Source of the DNA: Acidobacteriota bacterium
GTDB lineage: Bacteria > Acidobacteriota > UBA890 > WLXD01
Reading direction: 5' to 3'
Length of the DNA: 64,000 bases
Assembly: GCA_029263335.1 (NCBI GenBank)
Contig: JAJCXS010000038.1
Coordinates: forward strand, 5,823-69,822
The position numbers were made by a program, and so were the translations under genes. The notes under the pieces were generated by a model that was not told the DNA's origin, made no database searches, and saw only the letters and a program-made list of their open reading frames with translations. Shown here piece by piece: positions 20,799 to 31,153 of this stretch (the first letter of the stretch is position 1; every line of letters begins with the position of its first letter).

Positions 20799-22565
20799 AT
20801 GACGTTCCTCGGGCTGTCGCAGACGGCGGGCTGGCTCCTGGTTACCGGAACGGCCGCCGCCATCCTCGTGATCTTCTTTCTGCGGATTCAGCATCGGCGT
20901 GCGATGGTTTCTTCGTCGATCCTGTGGGAGCGCGTGCTCGAGCGAAAGAAGCGGCGGTCGTTGCTGGAGTGGTTGCGGCGCCTGATTTCGCTGCTTATCG
21001 CGCTCGCCATCGGCCTCTCACTGGCGATGGCCTTTGGCGAAGTCGAGTCGGGTCGGGCGGGTCGCGAACCGCGCGACGTTCGTCTGGTGGTGGACAACCG
21101 GCCGACGATGGCGTCGCTGATGAGTGATGGGCGTAGCCGCCTGGACCATGCCGTGGAGCAAGCCGGCGAACTGCTGGCGGGAGGCTCCTCGGCCGATCGG
21201 TTCACCGTCTACGATGCCGCCGGCGCGGTCGTGGCGGCGGCGACACGTGACCGCGATGCGGTACGTGAGTCGCTCGGTCAGCTGCGGCCTACGGCCCGTG
21301 CTCTGGTGCTGCCGCTGGTCGAACCGGGTACCGAGACGTGGCTGCTAACCGACGGCGTGGGAGCTGCGGAGGTGCCGGCAGATGTGCGCGTCGTGGCGCT
21401 CTACGAACCGGTGGTCAACGCGGGTGTTACCTCTTTCGAGATCAAGCCGCAGCCGACCGATCCGTACCGATACGAGGCGTTCCTGGAGGTCGGCAATTTC
21501 TCGGTCGATGCCCGAACGGTCTCGATTACTCTCCGAGATCAGGCGGGCGTGCAGTTTCGCCGCGCGATCGATCTCGATGCCGGAGGCTTGTACCGGAACA
21601 CATTTGACCTAGGGACTCTCGACGGCGGCGAACTGCGTGCCGAAGTTGCCCTGGACGGCGACGGCTACGCGCTCGACGACCGGGCGCATGTCTGGCTGCC
21701 ACGCACGGCGCCGGTGCGGCTCGCATACGTGACGCTATCGGGCGGGCTCGAATCTCTGCTGGGTTCCGTGCCGCATCTCGAGCTCACCGTCATGGAGCCG
21801 AGCGAGTACCGACCTCCAAGCGAGGACGACACATTCGATGCCTACCTGTTCGAGGGCTGGGCCCCTGCGGTCGCGCCGGCACGGCCGACGGTGTTGCTGG
21901 GTCCCCCCGCCGTGGACTGGTTGCCTCGGCATCTCGGCGTCCAACACGAGGTAGGCGTGTTTCCGTTTGACGCGGCGGCGCCGCTCTTGCGCCATGTCGA
22001 TCTGCATGATGTGGCCATCGCTCGGGCTAACATCGTAGATCCGCGCGACGCCGTCATCCTCGCCGGCGACGAGAGTTTGCCGCTGATCGTCAGTGGGCTG
22101 CGCCCCACTCGCTGGCTCATGTTGAACTTCGCGATCGCCGACACGGATCTCGAACAGGCCGTTGGCTTTCCGATCCTGGTGTCGAATCTGGTGGAATGGC
22201 TGCGCGGCGATGCGCCGGCCCGTCGCGTTTCTCTCGGCACGGTGGCGATCGATTTGCCCGATGCGCGCATTCGCGACCTGTCGACGGGTAACAATGTGGA
22301 GGCCCGCAGCGTGGGCGGGCGAACGGTGTTCCTTGCCAACGAGCCGGCGCTCTATCTGGCCACCGACGGTCGCCGTAGCGTGCATTTCGCGGCGCGTCTC
22401 GACGGCCGCGAACGCTCGATGGTCAACGCTTCGATCTTCGAGGTGCCCGATGCGGAACTCGAGTCGCCTCCGGAGGCCAGATCGCTGTGGCCAATCTTGC
22501 TCGGGGTGGCGGCAATCCTGCTCCTGCTCGAGGGGCTGACCTACCACCGGCGGATAACGGTGTGA
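20799..22565 (+). CDS. BatA-like N-terminal domain + vWA-like membrane protein
   Basis: BatA pattern (FFLR...VSSSILWERV...LRRLI), a degenerate MIDAS (VVDNRPTM), LLTDG and a C-terminal TM helix (LWPILLGVAAILLLLEG). Confidence 0.75.
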   Translation: MTFLGLSQTAGWLLVTGTAAAILVIFFLRIQHRRAMVSSSILWERVLERKKRRSLLEWLRRLISLLIALAIGLSLAMAFGEVESGRAGREPRDVRLVVDNRPTMASLMSDGRSRLDHAVEQAGELLAGGSSADRFTVYDAAGAVVAAATRDRDAVRESLGQLRPTARALVLPLVEPGTETWLLTDGVGAAEVPADVRVVALYEPVVNAGVTSFEIKPQPTDPYRYEAFLEVGNFSVDARTVSITLRDQAGVQFRRAIDLDAGGLYRNTFDLGTLDGGELRAEVALDGDGYALDDRAHVWLPRTAPVRLAYVTLSGGLESLLGSVPHLELTVMEPSEYRPPSEDDTFDAYLFEGWAPAVAPARPTVLLGPPAVDWLPRHLGVQHEVGVFPFDAAAPLLRHVDLHDVAIARANIVDPRDAVILAGDESLPLIVSGLRPTRWLMLNFAIADTDLEQAVGFPILVSNLVEWLRGDAPARRVSLGTVAIDLPDARIRDLSTGNNVEARSVGGRTVFLANEPALYLATDGRRSVHFAARLDGRERSMVNASIFEVPDAELESPPEARSLWPILLGVAAILLLLEGLTYHRRITV

Positions 22566-22572
22566 GGAATCG

Positions 22573-25128
22573 ATGAGCCTGTCGCTGACGCATTCCTGGC
22601 CGTTGCTGCTGTTGCCGGCGATCCTGCTCCTTTGGTGGGCGCGGCAAACCACGTTGATCGAGTTTCACCGGCGGCAGATCAACCTCATGGTCGGCGCTCG
22701 CATGCTGGCATTCGTTGCGGCGGTCCTGGCAATGACGCAGCCGGTTCTGCACCGGGACGGATCGTGGATGTCCGTAGCCTACGTTCTCGACGTGTCGCAG
22801 AGTGTCGACCCTCGTGCTATCGAGGACGGGATCGGATGGGTAGAAGGCGCGGTTGCGCAGGCGGAATCGCTCGGCGACGCCGAGGCCGTCCGGTTGGTTG
22901 CGTTCGGCGGTAATGCCGTGGGAGCAGCGGAGCCCGACGCGTTCCGTACGCTGCGCGTGGCCGATGGCCTGGTGGCGGGCGCGGTCGATCGGTCCGCGAC
23001 CGACCTTGCGGGTGCCCTGGATCGAGCCGTGGCGGCGCTGCCGCCTCACCACGTGCCGCGCATCGTGGTGCTCTCCGACGGTCGCGACAACGCTGGAGAT
23101 CTGGATGCTGCGGTCGAGCGCCTCGAACTGGACGGTGTGCGCGTTTACACACGACCGGCCGCCGCGCGGCGTGAAGATGGGGCCTGGATCGATCGTGTCA
23201 ACGCGCCCGACACGGTCAGGGCAGGCGCGCCGTTCGAGTTCGATGTCCGACTCTTCTCTCGTGTGGCTGCGGACGCCACCCTCCGGGTCACGTCGGGGAA
23301 CCTGATCCTGCTCGCCGAGGAGGTTCGGCTCGAGGGCGGGCTGCAGGAGATTCGCCTGCTTCCCATAGTCGACACCGCCGGGGTCGTCGATCTGCAGGTT
23401 GAGTTGCTGGTCGCGGACGATCCGGTCGTTGCCAACAACATCGGTCAGGTGAGCACCGTCGCTCAGGACAAGCTCCGTGTGCTCTACGTCGAAGGCGTGC
23501 CGGAGCGGTCCGGATACCTGCTCTCGGCCCTTACCGAGGGCGGCTTCGATGTGGAGGTGACGGCGCCGTTCAACCTGCCGGTCAGTGCCTTTGGCTACGA
23601 GCGCTTCGATGTCGTGATCCTCAGCGATGTCGATGCGCGGATGATCGACCGGGGCGCGATGATGTCTCTGGAAAGCTGGGTGTCTCTGTTCGGTGGCGGC
23701 CTTGTGGTTGTCGGTGGGGAGGCGGTATTTGGAGAGGACGGCTATCAGGACACGGCCATCGAACGAGCAATGCCGGTCTGGTTCAAGGCCGAACGCGAGC
23801 CCAAGGACCTGGCACTGGTGATTGCCCTCGACAAGTCGTACAGCATGGTCGGCGACAAGATGGCGATGGCGAAGGAGGCCAGCAAGGCGGCCGTCGAATT
23901 GCTCGAGGACGAGCAGCAATTCGGACTGCTTGCTTTCGACTATCACTTCTATTGGCCGGTGCCCGTGCAGTTGGCAAGCCGCCGCGACAGCATCGTCGAT
24001 CGTATCGCCAGCATCGAAGCCAGCTCGCCGACCAATATCTACCCGGCTCTCGAAGACGTGTACCTGGCACTTCAGGAGACTGATGCCGAGGTGAAGCACG
24101 TCATCTTGCTGTCCGACGGCAAGACCTACGAGGACGACTACGAGACTCTGGTTACGCAGATGCGCGACAACGAGATTACGGTGTCGGCGGTGGCGGTGGG
24201 GGACAAGGCGGACCGCGAGCTACTGAGCGCGATTGCCGAATGGGGTGGCGGCCGCTTCTACTTCATCGCCGACCCCACCCGTGTCCCGGAGATCTTCGTC
24301 GACGAGACTCAGATGGCTCAGGGAATCACGCTGGAGGAGGGCGAGCCGTTCGTGCCGCAGTGGATCAAGCCGGTTGAGGCGCTGGCCGGGATCGAGCCCG
24401 ACGACATGCCCGAACTCTCCGGGTATGTTCGCACGATGCCCAAGGACAACGCCGAGATCGTGCTCGATAGTGGCGGCGACGAGCCCGACCCCATTCTCGC
24501 GCGCTGGCAGTACGGACTGGGCAAGGCGGTATTTTTCGCCTCGGATGCCAAGAATCGCTGGGCCGCAGAGTGGTTGGAATGGGACGGATTCGGCAAGCTC
24601 TGGACGCAGCTCATTCGCGAGACGTCGCGCGCGGATGATTTCCGTCGGCCGGAATTTACCGTGCGCCGCGAGGACGGCAGGGCGTTCGTTACGCTCGGCC
24701 TGCTCGACGATCGCGGCAGGTTTCGCAACGCCGAGCGCCCGGTCGTTACCATCGACATCGGCGGTGAAGAGCGCGAGTTGAGTCTGCATCAAGTTGCCCC
24801 CGGCACCTATGAGGCGAGCACTCCGCTGGCCGCCGAGGACGAGATGTCCATCACATGGCGTGGTGACGAGGCGGCGATCGAACGGCATCTGCTGCGCGAT
24901 TCGAACGCCGAAGATCGGTACCTTCCGCCGGACACCGGGCGGCTGCGTTGGCTCGCCGAGACGACCGGCGGCGTGTTCGACCCATCGGTGCAGCAGCTGC
25001 TGGATCCGGCCGGACAGACGGTAGTGAGGCCAACGCGGCTATGGCCGTTCCTTGCGGCGCTGGCGTTGATGTCCTACCTGGTCAACATGCTGCTACGACG
25101 GGTTCGCATCATCCGCGCCGATACCTAG
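22573..25128 (+). CDS. Double-vWA membrane protein with glutamine-amidotransferase-like domain
   Basis: Two MIDAS motifs (LDVSQS with SDG; LDKSYS with SDG), RVLYVEG...GGGLVVVGG, ARWQYGLGK, and N- and C-terminal TM helices. Confidence 0.8.
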   Translation: MSLSLTHSWPLLLLPAILLLWWARQTTLIEFHRRQINLMVGARMLAFVAAVLAMTQPVLHRDGSWMSVAYVLDVSQSVDPRAIEDGIGWVEGAVAQAESLGDAEAVRLVAFGGNAVGAAEPDAFRTLRVADGLVAGAVDRSATDLAGALDRAVAALPPHHVPRIVVLSDGRDNAGDLDAAVERLELDGVRVYTRPAAARREDGAWIDRVNAPDTVRAGAPFEFDVRLFSRVAADATLRVTSGNLILLAEEVRLEGGLQEIRLLPIVDTAGVVDLQVELLVADDPVVANNIGQVSTVAQDKLRVLYVEGVPERSGYLLSALTEGGFDVEVTAPFNLPVSAFGYERFDVVILSDVDARMIDRGAMMSLESWVSLFGGGLVVVGGEAVFGEDGYQDTAIERAMPVWFKAEREPKDLALVIALDKSYSMVGDKMAMAKEASKAAVELLEDEQQFGLLAFDYHFYWPVPVQLASRRDSIVDRIASIEASSPTNIYPALEDVYLALQETDAEVKHVILLSDGKTYEDDYETLVTQMRDNEITVSAVAVGDKADRELLSAIAEWGGGRFYFIADPTRVPEIFVDETQMAQGITLEEGEPFVPQWIKPVEALAGIEPDDMPELSGYVRTMPKDNAEIVLDSGGDEPDPILARWQYGLGKAVFFASDAKNRWAAEWLEWDGFGKLWTQLIRETSRADDFRRPEFTVRREDGRAFVTLGLLDDRGRFRNAERPVVTIDIGGEERELSLHQVAPGTYEASTPLAAEDEMSITWRGDEAAIERHLLRDSNAEDRYLPPDTGRLRWLAETTGGVFDPSVQQLLDPAGQTVVRPTRLWPFLAALALMSYLVNMLLRRVRIIRADT

Positions 25129-25194
25129 GCATCTAGCCCGGCGAGAACGGTCAGACCAGCGGGGTATCGACGTCGGGCAGGTGAGCGCACGAGA

Positions 25195-25226
25195 AAGGGC
25201 CGGGAGCCACGTGGCCCCCGACCCTT
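25195..25226. terminator. Stem-loop between convergent genes
   Basis: AAGGG-C-CGGG-A-GCCAC/GTGGC-C-CCCG-A-CCCTT inverted repeat. Confidence 0.55.
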
Positions 25227-25247
25227 CGCCGCTAACGTAGGCAGGCG

Positions 25248-26084
25248 CTATCGCCTGCGGATCTGTACGGAGCCTTGCAGCGTCTCGATCTGGATCTCGG
25301 CCGACCCGGTGCCGGTGGTGAAGCGCAGTTCCTGCGACGGCAGCCAGCGGCTTTCGCGCCGCGGCTCCTGGCCGAACGCGTTGTCGATGTCGCCCATCAT
25401 GGTCTCGACGTAGAAGTTGGCGGAGATGTCTCCGGGCACGACCAGTTCGATCGAACCGTTGACGTTCTCGATGTCGATCTCGCCGCCATCGATAACGCCA
25501 CCTGTAAAGCTGATCGTGCCGTTCACGCTCTCCAGGTTGGCTTCGCTCACGTTGCCGGCGCTCGCGGTGATCGACCCGGTGACGTTCTCGATGTCGAGCC
25601 TCGTAGCATTGCCGGAATAGGTGATATCGCCGGTGACCGATTCGATCTCGATGACTCCGTCCACGCCCTCGACCTCGAACGTCGCGGTGACCCCTTCGAT
25701 CTCGAGGCTGGCTCCTGCCGGCAAGTGGATCTCGAGGTTCACATCGATATCGTTGTGGTCGCGCCGACGCCAGCGACGACGACCACGATCGTTGTCGTCG
25801 TCATCCCAGTCGCCGAGGTCTACGTAGATCTCCACCGAGTCGGGGCCACCGTCGATCCCAAACTCGTCGACGTCGTCGCCGATGGTGCCAGTGACCGTCA
25901 TCTCGTTGCCGGCGCCGCCGATGATGCGGATGTGCCCGACGATGATGTCCTCGATTTCCACCCGGACCGTGGGTGATACCACCCGCGTGTCGTCGATCTG
26001 CTGCTGGGCCATCGCCGCATTGGGGAGGGCGAGGAGCCCTACCGCGATGACCGCCGCGATGGATGTTCTCTGAACTGCTTTCAT
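25248..26084 (-). CDS. Secreted DUF4097 family beta-strand-repeat protein
   Basis: Signal peptide ending AMA-QQ; repeats IESVTGDI, IENVTGSI, LESVNGTI, IENVNGSI, VETMMGDI and IETLQGSV. Confidence 0.8.
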   Translation of the reverse strand: MKAVQRTSIAAVIAVGLLALPNAAMAQQQIDDTRVVSPTVRVEIEDIIVGHIRIIGGAGNEMTVTGTIGDDVDEFGIDGGPDSVEIYVDLGDWDDDDNDRGRRRWRRRDHNDIDVNLEIHLPAGASLEIEGVTATFEVEGVDGVIEIESVTGDITYSGNATRLDIENVTGSITASAGNVSEANLESVNGTISFTGGVIDGGEIDIENVNGSIELVVPGDISANFYVETMMGDIDNAFGQEPRRESRWLPSQELRFTTGTGSAEIQIETLQGSVQIRRR

Positions 26085-26127
26085 TGTCCGTCTCCGTTCA
26101 GTCGTTTGAGTGTCTGGCGATGAGCCC

Positions 26128-26721
26128 TTACAGGCGACTCATGCCTTCCAGAAAATTCACCCTCGTTCGGTACATATCGGTCAGCTTGCCGACCAGCTTG
26201 CGGTTTGCCGGATCTCTTTCCAGCGCAGCACGGGCTTCGGTGATCGCCTCGTCGATGAGGCGCAGGTTGGTCTCGACGATCTCGATGGTTTCCGGCGCCA
26301 GCTCGTCGCGCTGCGCGTCGAGGGAGGCCATCAGATCGTCGGTGATGTTCTGATAGGAACGTTCGGCCTGCAAAAAGCCGTTCCAGGCAACGGCCTCAAA
26401 TTCGGTAAGAGCCGGCGAGGAGGTTCCGTCGGCGGGTGCCGCCGGCGAGCGTACGAGATAGGCGGTAATACCCGAGGAGAACGCCACCAGGAGCATTGCC
26501 GCGGTGGAGATCAGACCCACGCGGCGCCAATTCACTCCGGCCGCTGCCGGTACGGGCTCATGGCGGTCCGCCGAGAAGTCTGGCCGCACGATCTTGGCAT
26601 CGCTGATGGCGCTTTCAATGCCTGCCCACAGGTCGCGTTCGGGCTGGATCTCGCGCGGCAGTGTCTCGATGCGGTTCTTCATTTCCTCACCCAGCTCTTC
26701 GTTCCGTTCGTCATGCGTCAT
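26128..26721 (-). CDS. Putative single-pass anti-sigma factor (no zinc motif)
   Basis: Overlaps the ECF gene. Has an N-terminal P-x-R-D-L-W-x-x-I segment, one TM helix and a helical periplasmic part. Confidence 0.65.
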   Translation of the reverse strand: MTHDERNEELGEEMKNRIETLPREIQPERDLWAGIESAISDAKIVRPDFSADRHEPVPAAAGVNWRRVGLISTAAMLLVAFSSGITAYLVRSPAAPADGTSSPALTEFEAVAWNGFLQAERSYQNITDDLMASLDAQRDELAPETIEIVETNLRLIDEAITEARAALERDPANRKLVGKLTDMYRTRVNFLEGMSRL

Positions 26722-27277
26722 GGCCTAGCGCCTCCCGCAGTAGTCGTCTTGCCCGGTGTAGTTGCGCCTTGCAGGTGCCTGGCGCGATGCCCATGAGATC
26801 GGCGATCTCTTGGTGCTGATATCCCTCGATGTCGTAGAGCACGAACACCTCGCGCGCCCGCTCCGGCAGCTGAGCGATGGCAGCATCGAGGTCGACGGTC
26901 GGCCCGCGGTTGGTGCGATCGCCGGTGGTGGCGTGATACGACATGTCATCCTGATGAACTGTGCGCTCGCGCTCGCGCGCCAGCTTGCGTCGGCGGCTGA
27001 GTACGACGTTGGCCGCGACCCGATGCATCCAGGTCGAGAAACTCGCTGCCCCGCGGAAGGTGTCGAGCTTCTGCCACGCCCGGATGAACGCCTCCTGGGT
27101 AAGCTCCTCCGCCTCGGCGACGTTGGCCGTCATACGGAGGCACAGGGCGTAGATGCGCCCGAGGTTGGCCGCGTAGAGGTCCTCGAAGGCGCTGGTATCG
27201 CCGCCAGCAGCGCGGGCGACGAGTTCGGCCGCTTCGTCGTTGTTCAACGCGATACTTCCGCTGGGCGATACCTGCAT
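26711..27277 (-). CDS. ECF RNA polymerase sigma factor (ECF1)
   Basis: AEELTQEAFIRAW, FSTWMHRVAAN, LPERAREVFVL, EIADLMG and KAQLHRAR. Confidence 0.93.
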   Translation of the reverse strand: MQVSPSGSIALNNDEAAELVARAAGGDTSAFEDLYAANLGRIYALCLRMTANVAEAEELTQEAFIRAWQKLDTFRGAASFSTWMHRVAANVVLSRRRKLARERERTVHQDDMSYHATTGDRTNRGPTVDLDAAIAQLPERAREVFVLYDIEGYQHQEIADLMGIAPGTCKAQLHRARRLLREALGHDA

Positions 27278-27313
27278 TGCGATCCCTGAAGAGTCATGTG
27301 GGGTTTCGCATAC

Positions 27314-27341
27314 TTAGATAGTGCCCAGGGCCTCAAGGTTT
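27314..27341 (-). promoter_or_regulatory. Candidate RpoE-like promoter of ECF1 operon
   Basis: Minus strand AAACCTT-N16-TCTAA, about 36 nt upstream of the ATG at 27277. Confidence 0.45.
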
Positions 27342-27412
27342 GAACGTCCGACGGTCTGGCCCGGGGGCGACCGTCGCGAGCCGGTGCCTGCGTGGACTCT
27401 TGCACCGCGCCG

Positions 27413-28318
27413 TCAGTCGATGAGATCAGCGAGCGCCGGCCGCAGTTCCGGGAATCGGAACTCGTAGCCGCTGGCACGCGTGGCCTCCGGCAGCACCTGT
27501 TTGCTCGAGAGTAGTTCGACGGCGAAGCCACCAAGCGCCAACTTCAGCGCGAAAGCGGGCGCTGGCACAAACGCGGGTCGGTGCAGAGCGCGCCCGAGTT
27601 CCCAGGCAAACTCCTTCTGCCGCACGGGCACCGGCGCCGTGTTGTTGAGGGCGGTGCTGGCTCTCAGTGTGAGCGCGTGTTCGATGACGCCGACGGCGTC
27701 GTGGAGATGAATCCACGACCACCACTGCTTGCCTGACCCAAGCGGCCCGCCGAGGCCCAGTTTCGCGGGTAGCAGCATCTCTTTGAGCGCTCCGCCGCCG
27801 CGTCCCAGGACAATTCCGGTGCGGAAGCGGACAACGGTGACACCGAGACCTTCGGCGTCTCGAGCCGCTGCCTCCCACTCCTGGCTGACCTGGGCCAGGA
27901 AATCGTCGCCGCCGCGCGATGCCTCCGTGAGAGGTTCGTCGCCGCGGTCGCCGTAATAGCCGATGGCGCTCGACGAAGCCATGATTCGGGGCCGTTCCGG
28001 CAGGTCGGCGAGCGCCGCCACAAGACTTGCGGTACCGACGACCCTGCTCTCCTCGATCGCCTGTCGCTTTTGCGTGGTCCAGCGCCCTGACACCGGCTCT
28101 CCCGCCAGATGTACCACCGCCTCCACCCCTTCGAACGCGGCCGCGGGCGGCGATTCACCGAGCGGATCCCAGGCAAAGGCGCGAGTGATAGCCGGAATAC
28201 TCTTGGTCGCAGCGCCTCCGCTACGGGAAAGCGCCCACACCTCGTGACCGTTCTGCTGCAGGCGATGACTGAGCGCCCGGCCGATGAAGCCGGTGGCGCC
28301 GGTGATCAGGGTGCGCAT
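27413..28318 (-). CDS. TIGR01777 family NAD-dependent epimerase/oxidoreductase
   Basis: LITGATGFIG, VVHLAGE, SSSAIGYYG, RTGIVL, GGPLGSGKQWWSWIH and GYEFRFP. Confidence 0.9.
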   Translation of the reverse strand: MRTLITGATGFIGRALSHRLQQNGHEVWALSRSGGAATKSIPAITRAFAWDPLGESPPAAAFEGVEAVVHLAGEPVSGRWTTQKRQAIEESRVVGTASLVAALADLPERPRIMASSSAIGYYGDRGDEPLTEASRGGDDFLAQVSQEWEAAARDAEGLGVTVVRFRTGIVLGRGGGALKEMLLPAKLGLGGPLGSGKQWWSWIHLHDAVGVIEHALTLRASTALNNTAPVPVRQKEFAWELGRALHRPAFVPAPAFALKLALGGFAVELLSSKQVLPEATRASGYEFRFPELRPALADLID

Positions 28319-28400
28319 GGAGCCCTCTTGTTGGGAAAATCAGGCGACGTGAGTTTATGGGCGTTTGACCTCGGGGGCGCTCCCGATCAATGGTAGGCGC

Positions 28401-28979
28401 ATGCCGGCCCCAATACAGCCCCACCAAGAAACCTTTGCGGCGGCGGTACGCGCGCTGGGCGGCAGCGTTCGGGCCGTCCAGGGCACGTCCGAGGTTGCGG
28501 CCGCTGTCGAGGCCATCGCCAGGGAACACTCGGAATCGGCCGCCGTCCTGTACGAGCCCGGCGCGCTGATCGATGATCTCGGGCTGCATCTGGCGCTGCG
28601 CGCACGCGGCGTTCAATTGGTGACCGTGGAGAGCTCGGCAGAGCGTACGGCAGCCTTCGAGGTCGGCCTGACATGCGCGGAAATGGCGATCGCGCAGTCC
28701 GGGACGGTGCTGGTTGGGGGCGATGTTGGCGGATGGGGCCTGGCTGCCGCCCTGCCGTGGGTCCATGTCGTCCTGCTGCGTTCTTCTGACATCGAGCCGG
28801 ACCTGGCCACCGCCTTCCCACGCTTCGAGCAGGCGTTTGCACGCGGGCGCCGCAACTGGGTGTGGGTGAGCGGTCCCTCGAAGACGGCTGATATCGGCAT
28901 GAAGCTCGTCACCGGCGTACACGGGCCCAACACGCTCGTGGTCCTGGTCGTCCAGGAACATGTCGGGGTGACCCCTTGA
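28401..28979 (+). CDS. lutC: LutC/YkgG family LUD-domain protein
   Basis: VGLTCAEMAIAQSGTV, LPWVHV and VSGPSKTADIG...GVHGP. Confidence 0.85.
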   Translation: MPAPIQPHQETFAAAVRALGGSVRAVQGTSEVAAAVEAIAREHSESAAVLYEPGALIDDLGLHLALRARGVQLVTVESSAERTAAFEVGLTCAEMAIAQSGTVLVGGDVGGWGLAAALPWVHVVLLRSSDIEPDLATAFPRFEQAFARGRRNWVWVSGPSKTADIGMKLVTGVHGPNTLVVLVVQEHVGVTP

Positions 28980-31153
28980 GCAGCCCCGGACGTGATCTCG
29001 AGAGCGAGATTCGGGCGGCGCTGACGGATCCTTCGATACAGCAGGCCGTTGGGCCGGCTACGCGCGCGGTCGCCACGGCGCGGCAAGCTGCTGTGGCGGA
29101 CTTCGCAGCTTACGATGCTGCCCGCGACAAGGCGCGCGCCATCAAGGAACGGGCGATCGAGCGGCTTCCGGAGCTCATTGCGATGGCAGAAGAGGCCGTG
29201 GGTCTCGCTGGCGGCACGGTGCATCACGCCGAAGATGCCGAAGCCGCGTGCCGGATCGTCGCCGACATTGCCCGCCAGGAGGACTGCCGTACGGCGGTGA
29301 AGTCGAAGTCGATGACCTCGGAGGAGGTGGGGCTGAACGCCGCGCTGGAGAGCGCCGGGATCGAGGTGCGGGAGACCGATCTGGGCGAATACATCGTGCA
29401 GCTCGATGGTGATCGCCCCTCACATATCGTCGCGCCGATCCTCCACAAGAGCGTCGAAGACGTGCGGCAGGCGTTTCGACGCGGGCTGGACCTTGACGAG
29501 GTGCCCGAGAGCGCCGCGGCACTGACCCAGCTGGCCCGGCGGCGCTTGCGTGACGAGTTTCTGGCCGCCGATCTCGGTATTACAGGCGCTAATTTCGTGA
29601 TCGCGGAGAGCGGCACGGTGGTTGTGGTGGAAAACGAGGGCAATGCGCGCCTTTGCACCCAGGTGCCGCGCGTACACGTTGCCCTGGCCGGTGTGGAGAA
29701 GCTGATCCCCGCGATGGCCGATCTGCAGCCGTTCCTCGAACTGCTGCCGCGTTCGGCAACGGGTCAGCTGCTGAGCGTGTACCTGTCGATCCTCACCGGC
29801 CCCGGCTGGGGGCGCTCGCCGCTGGTCGAAGGCGCCCGGAGCTTTCATCTGGTGCTGCTGGACAACGGTCGGATGGCGATGCGAGAGGACCCCGTACTGC
29901 GCGAGGCGCTCTACTGCATTCGCTGCGGGGCGTGCCTGAACGTCTGCGCTCCCTACCAGGCCGTCGGGGGACATGTGTACGGCGGCCCGACGTACCAGTC
30001 GGGCATCGGGGCAGCGTGGGAAGCGGGAGTGCGCGGTCTCGACACCGCGTCCGAGTTCGCGCACCTGTGCTCGGCGTGTACCCGCTGCCACGACGTCTGT
30101 CCGGTGCGGATCGATATCCCGTGGCTGAACTCTTCGCTGCGTGGTCGCATCGAGTTGAAGGCAGGAACCCGCGGCGGCAGACTCGGGGAGCTGCTGCGCG
30201 AGCCGCGACGCCTGTACGAGCGCATTCGTCGCACACCGGGGGCATCGTGGCTGGCCGAGTTTCCGCCCGTGCGGGCCTACCTGCAGAAGGCAGCCGACAT
30301 TGATCGTCGTCGACCACTTCCTGAGCTGGCCCCCCTGACGCTGACGGAGTGGTACGAGCAGCAGGGTGGGAGTGTCGTGCGCGAAGCCGAGGGCGGCTCC
30401 CGCGTGGATCCTGCCCCGGGCATGGCCGTTCTGTGGGCCGACTGCCACAGCGAACACATCGAGGTGGCGGCAGGGCGCGCCGCGGTGCGGGTATTGGAGC
30501 GGCTTGGTTACGATGTTGTCGTCGTCACGGGATCATGTTGCGGTCGCGCGGCGCTATCACAGGGCGATCTTCCGTCCGCCCAGCGACAGGCGGCGAGCTT
30601 GTTGGGACTTCTCGAGCCTTTCGCCGAGGCCGGTGTGCCCATCCTCGGACTGGAGCCGTCATGTGTATCGTGTGTGGTCTGTGAGCACGAGCACCTTCTT
30701 CCGGATGAGCCGAACGCCATGATTCTCGCGGTCCGCGTGCAGGAGATCTTCGAGTTTCTGCGCGACAATGCTGCCGCGCTCGACGATATTCTGAGCTGCG
30801 CGACGCCACAGGATCGTACGGTTCTCGTTCATGGGCATTGCCAGCAGAAGACCGCCGGGTGGTATCCCGCCCTGTTGGAGACCTTGGGGCGTGTGCCCGG
30901 TGCGAAGGTGCAGGGCACGGCGGCGGAATGCTGTGGCATGGCGGGCTCGTACGGCTACAAGACGGGCACCTATGAAATCAGCCGCGAGCTCGGCCGCCGA
31001 CTGGTCGGCGAGATCGACGATCTGGCAGCGGCAAGCGATCACGGTTCATGTGAGGTCGCAGCGTGCGGCACTTCGTGTCGCACCCAGCTGCGCGAACTCG
31101 GCGGGACGGCACCGCGCCATCCAATCGAACTAATCGAGGAGGCCAGCCGTTGA
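28976..31153 (+). CDS. lutB: LutB-type LUD/4Fe-4S protein fused to two CCG domains
   Basis: VKSKSMTSEE, ETDLGEYI, PSHIVAP, CIRCGACLNVC and CSACTRCHDVCP, followed by CCG, EPSC, HCQQ, CCGMAG and GTSCRTQ. Confidence 0.85.
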   Translation: MSSPGRDLESEIRAALTDPSIQQAVGPATRAVATARQAAVADFAAYDAARDKARAIKERAIERLPELIAMAEEAVGLAGGTVHHAEDAEAACRIVADIARQEDCRTAVKSKSMTSEEVGLNAALESAGIEVRETDLGEYIVQLDGDRPSHIVAPILHKSVEDVRQAFRRGLDLDEVPESAAALTQLARRRLRDEFLAADLGITGANFVIAESGTVVVVENEGNARLCTQVPRVHVALAGVEKLIPAMADLQPFLELLPRSATGQLLSVYLSILTGPGWGRSPLVEGARSFHLVLLDNGRMAMREDPVLREALYCIRCGACLNVCAPYQAVGGHVYGGPTYQSGIGAAWEAGVRGLDTASEFAHLCSACTRCHDVCPVRIDIPWLNSSLRGRIELKAGTRGGRLGELLREPRRLYERIRRTPGASWLAEFPPVRAYLQKAADIDRRRPLPELAPLTLTEWYEQQGGSVVREAEGGSRVDPAPGMAVLWADCHSEHIEVAAGRAAVRVLERLGYDVVVVTGSCCGRAALSQGDLPSAQRQAASLLGLLEPFAEAGVPILGLEPSCVSCVVCEHEHLLPDEPNAMILAVRVQEIFEFLRDNAAALDDILSCATPQDRTVLVHGHCQQKTAGWYPALLETLGRVPGAKVQGTAAECCGMAGSYGYKTGTYEISRELGRRLVGEIDDLAAASDHGSCEVAACGTSCRTQLRELGGTAPRHPIELIEEASR

